DNA of 58,423 nt, counting the filler, from Dugesia japonica (Eukaryota), in assembly GCA_001938525.1 (NCBI GenBank). It is 3 parts of 3 records of this genome, joined end to end, with 100 filler letters (N's around TTAATTAATTAA, not from the genome) between each part and the next. Parts side by side here need not be neighbours in the genome. Positions count along the whole stretch, not along the records: positions 41,713 to 58,423 come from MQRL01605638.1; 2 more parts are not named here. The stretch is one strand, 5' to 3'. The position numbers and the translations under genes were made by a program. Each line of letters starts with the position of its first letter. The first letter of the stretch is position 1. Shown piece after piece: positions 52,301 to 58,423 of the stretch. The notes under the pieces were generated by a model. It did not search any database. It was not told where the DNA came from and saw only the letters and a list, made by a program, of their open reading frames with translations.

Positions 52301-55300
52301 TTCTTTTACCCTCTCTCTTTCCCTTACCTTCTAATTTTCATTTATCTTCTCCTTTTCTTTTAACCTCTTCTTTTTTTAACCTCTGACGTTCTTTAAAAAT
52401 CACCCTTTCTTTTACCCTCTTACTTTCTTTAACCTCTTCTTTTCTTTTACCTTCTTTTTTTCTGTTAACCTCTCTATTCCTTGACTCTCTTCTTTTTTTT
52501 TATCCTCTATTTTTTTAACATCTCCTTTCTTTTAATCTCTCTCTTTCCTTATTCTGTCTCTTAATTTTACTGTCTCACTTTCTTTTACCTTCTTGTTTTC
52601 TTTATTCTTTACTTTTCTTTAACCCTCTCCCTTTCTTTTACACTCTTCTTTTCTTTCAACCACTCCCTTCCTTTTACCCTCTTCCTTTATTTTATTCTCT
52701 TCCTTTTTTTATCCTCTCCCTTTCTTTTACCCTCTTCTTTTCTTTAACACTCTCCCTTTCCTTTTCCCTATTCTTTTGTTTTACCCTCTCCTTTTCTTAT
52801 ACCCTATCACTTTCTTTTACCCTCTTACTTTCTTTTACCCTGTTGCTTTCTTTACTCTCTTTTCTCCTAAACTGTAATTTTCTTTTACCTTCTACCTTTG
52901 TTTTACCCTCTTCTTTTCTTTTAAACTCTTCTTTTCTTTTACCCTCTCTTTTTCTCTTACCTTCTAATTTTCAATTATTATCTCCTTTTCCTTTACCCTC
53001 TTACTTTCTTTAACCTTCTCTTTTCTTTTACCTTCTTTTTTTCTTTTAACCTCTCCAATCCTTGACTCTCTTTTTTTCTTTTACCCTCTATTTTTTTAAC
53101 ATCTCCATTCTTTTACCCTCTCCTTTTCTTTTAACCTCTCTCTTTCTTTTACTGTATCCCTTTCTTTCACCCTCTCATTCTCTTTTATTCTTTACTTTTC
53201 TTTTACCCTCTCCCTTTCTTGTACCCTCTTTAATTACTTTAACCCTCTCCTTTTCTTTCAACCACTCACTTTTTTTATCCTAACTCTTTCTTTTACCCTC
53301 TCTCTTTCTTTAACCCTCTTGCTTTCTTTACCCTTTTCTTTTCTTTTAACTTTTTCCTTTCGTTAAGCCACTCCCTTTCTTTAACACTCTCCATTTCATT
53401 TACCTCTCTCCTTTTCTTTTACCCTTTTGCTTTTTTAACCCTTTNNNNNNNNNNNNNNNNNNNNNNNNNNNNNNNNNNNNNNNNNNNNNNNNNNTCAACC
53501 ACTCACTTTTTTTATCCTAACTCTTTCTTTTACCCTCTCTCTTTCTTTAACCCTCTTGCTTTCTTTACACTTTTCTTTTCTTTAAACTTTTTCCTTTCGT
53601 TAAGCCCCTCCCTTTCTTTAACACTCTCCATTTCATTTACCTCTCTCCTTTTCTTTTACCCTTTTGCTTTTTTAACCCTTTTCTTTTCTTTAACTCTCTT
53701 CCTTTCGTTTACCCTTTTACTTTCTTTTACACTATCCATTTATTTTACCTTCTCCTTTTCTTTTAACCTCTTCTTTTCTTTTACATTCTCCCTTTCCTTT
53801 TCCTTCTTCTTTTGTTTTACCATCACCATTTCTTTTAACCTCTATTTTTTTTAACATCTCCATTCTTTAATCCTCACCTTTTCTTGAAACCTCTCTCTTT
53901 CTTTTACTGTCTCACTTTCTTTTACCATATCCTTTTCTTTTATTCTTTACTTTTCTTTTAACCTCTCCCTTCCTTGTACCTTTTTTTATTTCTTTAATCC
54001 TCTCCTTTTCTTTCGACCACTCCCTTTTTTTATCCCACCTCTTTAATTTACTCTCTTCTATTCTTTTACCCTCTTCGTTTCTTTTACCCTCTCTCTTTCT
54101 TTTAGCCTGTTGCTTGCTTTACCCTCTTCTTTTCTTTTACACTCTCCCTTTCATTTTCGCTATTCTTTTGTTTAACCCTCTCCCTTTCTTTAAACCTCTA
54201 CTTTTCTTTCAACCACTCCTTTCCTTTTACCCTCTTCCTTTATTTTATTATCTTCTTTTCTTTTACCCTCTCACTTTCTTTAAAACTCTCCCTTTCTTTT
54301 ACCCACACCCTTTCTTCTTGAACAAACTCCCTTTCTTTTACCCTCTACCTTTCTTTTACCCTCTCCCTTTCTTTTAACCTCTTCTTTCATTTTACCATCT
54401 CCCATTCTTTTATTCTTTTCTTTTCTTTTACCCTCTCCCTTTTCTGTACCATCCTTTTTTTCTCCAACCCTCTCCCTTTTTTTTACATTCTTACCTTTCT
54501 TAAACCCTCTTCCTTTCATTTACCCTCTTATTTTTTTTACACTCTCCCTTTTATTTTCCCTCTTCTTTTGTTTAACCCTCTCCCTTTCTTTTAACCTCTC
54601 CCTTTCCTTTTCCTTCTTCTTTTGTTTTACCCTCATACTTTCTTTTACACTCTACTTTTCTTTCAACCAATACCTTCCTTTAACCCTCTTCCTTCATTTT
54701 ATTCTCTTCCTTCTTTTTACTCTCTTCTTTTCTTTGACCCTCTCACTTTATTTAAAACTCTCCCTTTCTTTGACATTCTCCCTTTCTTAAACCCTCTTCC
54801 TTTCATTTACCCTCTTCTTTTCTTTAACACTCTCCCTTTCCTTTTCCAATTCTTTTGTTTAACCGTCTCCTTTTCTTATACCCAATCACTTACTTTTACC
54901 ATCTCACTTTCTTTTACCCTGTTGCATTCTTTATTCTCTTCTTTTCTCCTAAACTGTACTTTTCTTTTACCTTCTACATTTGTTTTACCCTCTTCTTTTC
55001 TTTTAAACTCTTCTTTTCTTTTACGCTCTCTCTTTCTCTTACCTTCTAATTTTCATTTACCTACTCCTTTTCTTTTAACCTCTTCTTTTTTTTACATTCT
55101 TACTTTCTTTACCCTCTTCTTTTCTTTTACCTTCTTTTTTTCTTTGAACCTCTCCATTACTTGACTCTCTTCTTTTCTTTTACCCTCTATATTTTTTAAC
55201 ATCTCCTTTCTTAATCTTTCTTTTACCCTCTTTATTTATTTGATTCTCTTCCTTTCTTTAACACTCTTCTATTCTTTTACCCTCTTCTTTTCTTTTACCC

Positions 55301-58300
55301 TCTCCCTTTCGTTTACCTTCTCCCTTTCTTTTAATCTCTTCTTAAATTTACCCTCTCCCATTCATTTTATTCTTTTCTTTTCTTTAACACTCTCCCTTTT
55401 CTGTACCATCCTTTTTTTCTCTAACCCTCTCACTTTCTTTTACATTCTCCCTTTCTTAAACCCTCTTTTTTTCATTTTCCCTCTTCTTTTGTTTAAACCT
55501 CTCCCTTTCTTTTAACCTCTCCCTTTCCTTTTCCTTCTTCTTTTGTTTGACCATCATTCTTTCTTTTACACTCTACTTTTCTTTCAACCACTACCTTCCT
55601 TTTACACTCTTCCATCATTTTATTCTCTTCCTTTCTTTAACACTCTTCTTTTCTTTTACCCTCTCCCTTTCTTTTACCCTCTCCCTTTCTTTAACCTTCT
55701 CTCTTTCTTTAAACCTCTTCTTAATTTTACCCTCACCCATTCTTTTATTCTTTTCTTTTCTTTAACCCTCTCCCTTTTCTGTACCATCCTTTTTTTATCT
55801 AACCCTCTCACATTCTTTTACATTCTCCCTTTCTTAAACCCTCTTCCTTTCATTTTCCCTCTTCTTTTGTTTAACCCTCTCCCCTTTCTTTTAACCCCTC
55901 GCTTTCCTTTTACTTCTTCTTTAGTTTGACCCTCATCCTTTCTTTTACACTCTACTTTTCTTTCAACCACTATCTTCCTTTTACACTCTTCCTTTATTTG
56001 ATTCTCTTCCTTTCTTTAACACTCTTCTTTTCTTTTACCCTCTCCCTTTCTTTTACCCTCTCCCTTTCGTTTACCTTCTCCTTTCTTTTAACCTCTTCTT
56101 AATTTTACCCTCTCCCATTCTTTTATTCTTTTCTTTTCTTAAACCCTCTCCCTTTTCTGTACCATCCTTTTTTTCTCTAACCCTCTCACTTTCTTTTACA
56201 TTCTCCCTTTCTTAAACCCNNNNNNNNNNNNNNNNNNNNNNNNNNNNNNNNNNNNNNNNNNNNNNNNNNACTTTCTTTTACATTCTCCCTTTCTTAAACC
56301 CTCTTCCTTTCATTTTCCCTCTTCTTTTGTTTAACCCTCTCCCTTTCTTTTAAACTCTACTTTTCTTTCAACCACTAACTTCCTTTTACACTCTTCCTTC
56401 ATTTTATTTTCTTCTTTTTTTTACCCTCTTCCTTTATTTTATTCTCTTCCTTTCTTTAACACTCTTCTTTTCTTTTACCCTCTCCCTTTCTTTTACCCTC
56501 TCCCTTTCTTTTACCTTCTCCCTTTCTTTTAACCTCTTATTAATTTAACCCTCTCCCATTCTTTTATTCTTTTCTTTTCTTTAACCCTCTCCCTTTTCTG
56601 TACCATCCTTTTTTCTCTAACCCTCTCACTTTCTTTTACATTCTCCCTTTCTTAAACCCTCTTCCTTTCATTTTCCCTCTTCTTTTGTTTAACCCTCTCC
56701 CCTTTCTTTTAACCTCTCCCTTTCCTTTTCCTTCTTCTTTTGTTTGACCCTCATCCTTTCTTTTACACTCTACTTTTCTTTCAACCACTATCTTTCTTTT
56801 ACACTCTTCCTTAATTTTACTCTCTTCCTTTCTTTAACACTTTTCTTTTCTTTTACCCTGTCCCTTTCTTTTACCCTCTCCTTTTCTTTTAAACTCTTCT
56901 TTTCTTTTACGCTCTCTCTTTCTCTTACCTTCTAATTTTCATTTACCTTCTCCTTTTCTTTTAACCTCTTATTTTTTTTACATCCTTACTTTCTTTACCC
57001 TCTTCTATTCTTTAACCTTCTTTTTTTCTTTGAACCACTCCATTACTTGACTCTCTTCTTTTCTTTTACACTCTATATTTTTTAACATCTCCTTTCTTAA
57101 TCTTTCTTTTACCCTCTTCATTTATTTGATTCTCTTCCTTTCTTTAACACTCTTCTTTTCTTTTACCCTCTCCCTTTCTTTTACCCTCTCCCTTTCGTTT
57201 ACCTTCTCCCTTTCTTTTATTCTTTTCTTTTCTTTAACCCTCTCCCTTTTCTGTACCATCCTTTTTTTCTCTAACCCTCTCACATTCCTTTACATTCTCC
57301 CTTTCTTAAACCCTCTTGCTTTCATTTTCCCTCTTCTTTTGTTTAACCCCCTCCATTTCTTTTAACCTCTCCCTTTCCTTTTCCTTCTTCTTTTGTTTGA
57401 CCCTCATCCTTTCTTTAACACTCTACTTTTCTGTCAACCACTATCTTCCTTTTACACTCTTCCTTTATTTTACTCTCTTCTTTTCTTTAACACTTTTCTT
57501 TTCTTTTACCCTCTATCTTTCTTTTACCCTCTCCCTTTCTTTTAACCTCTTCTTAATTTAACCCTCTCCTATTCTTTTATTCTTTTCTTTTCTTTAACCC
57601 TCTCCCTTTTCTGTACCATCCTTTTTTTCTTTAACCCTCTCACTTTTTTTACATTCTCCCTTTCTTAAACCCTCTTCCTTTAATTTACCCTCTTCTTTTC
57701 TTTTACACTCTCCCTTTCATTTTTCCTCTTCTTTTGTTTAACCCTCTCCCTTTCTTTTACCCTCTCCCTTTCTTTTTCCTTCTTCCTTTGTTTTACCCTC
57801 TCTCTTTCTTTTAACCTCTCCCTTTCTTTAAGCCTCTTGCTATCTTTACTCTTTTCTTTTCTTTCAACTTCTTAATTTCGTTAAGCCCCTCCCTCTCTTT
57901 TACACTCTCCATTTCTTTGACTCTATCCCTTTCTTTTACCCTCTTGCTTTCTTTACACTCTTCTTTTCTTTAACCCTCTTCCTTTCGTTTACCCTTTTAC
58001 TTTCTTTTTCACTCTCCATTTCTTTTACCTTCTCCCTTTCTTTAAAACTCTTCTTTTCTTTTACCCTCTCCCTTTTCTGTCCCATCCTTTTTTTCATAAA
58101 CCCTCTACGTTTATTTCACCCTCTAACTTTCTTTTAGCCTGTTGCTTGCTTTACCCTCTCCCTTTCTTTTATCCTCTCCCTTTCTTTTACTCTATCCATT
58201 CTTTAAACATCTCTCTTTCTTTTACCCTCTCCCTTTCTTTAATCCATTGTGCTTTCTTTACCCTTTTCATTTCTTTAAACTTCTTCCTTTCGTTTAGCCC

Positions 58301-58423
58301 CTGCCTTTCTTTTGCACTCTCCATTTCTTTTACCCTTTCCCTTTCTTTTACCCTCTTGCTTTCTTTACCCACTTCTTTTCTTTAACCCTCTTCCTTTCGT
58401 TTACCCTTTTACTTTCTTTAGCA
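49375..58423. repeat. >9-kb polypyrimidine/polypurine satellite, ~18-bp unit CTTTCTTTTACCCTCTCC, with higher-order blocks
   Basis: Hundreds of diverged TTTTACCCTCT/TTTAACCCTCT-centred units; G is nearly absent on the + strand; continues to the window end. Confidence 0.95.

Noticed and set aside
49235-58385. Many F/L/P/S-rich ORFs (+) and K/R/E-rich ORFs (-)
   Set aside because: They are translations of the 18-bp unit (FYPLPF, FTLSLS, ERERVK); frequent indels switch frames.
49375-58423. Telomere, because of TAACCC motifs
   Set aside because: There is no pure hexamer tract, and a C-rich + strand is the wrong orientation for a right-hand chromosome end.

Overview
AT-rich, transposon-dense animal DNA with short (~42-50 nt) GT-AG introns and many N gaps; a flatworm-like origin is only an inference. 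Two identical 100-bp spacers (N44-TTAATTAATTAA-N44, at 24657-24756 and 41613-41712) are artificial joins, so the window is three segments whose adjacency is unproven. Segment 1 holds a 3-exon CCDC124 gene, an intronless two-domain phosphagen-kinase-like gene lacking the catalytic NEEDH and Cys motifs in both domains, and decayed Ty3/Gypsy and hAT elements. Segment 2 holds a multi-exon LRR-Roc (ROCO) gene cut off at the join. Its introns contain mariner, hAT MITE, foldback and Gypsy remnants, and a minimal Penelope-type hammerhead motif lies further upstream. Segment 3 holds three co-oriented, decayed adintovirus/Polinton-type protein-primed PolB copies with no recognisable capsid, ATPase or integrase genes. 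One copy has a 5' end split by four host-style introns. The cluster abuts a >9-kb pyrimidine-rich 18-bp satellite.
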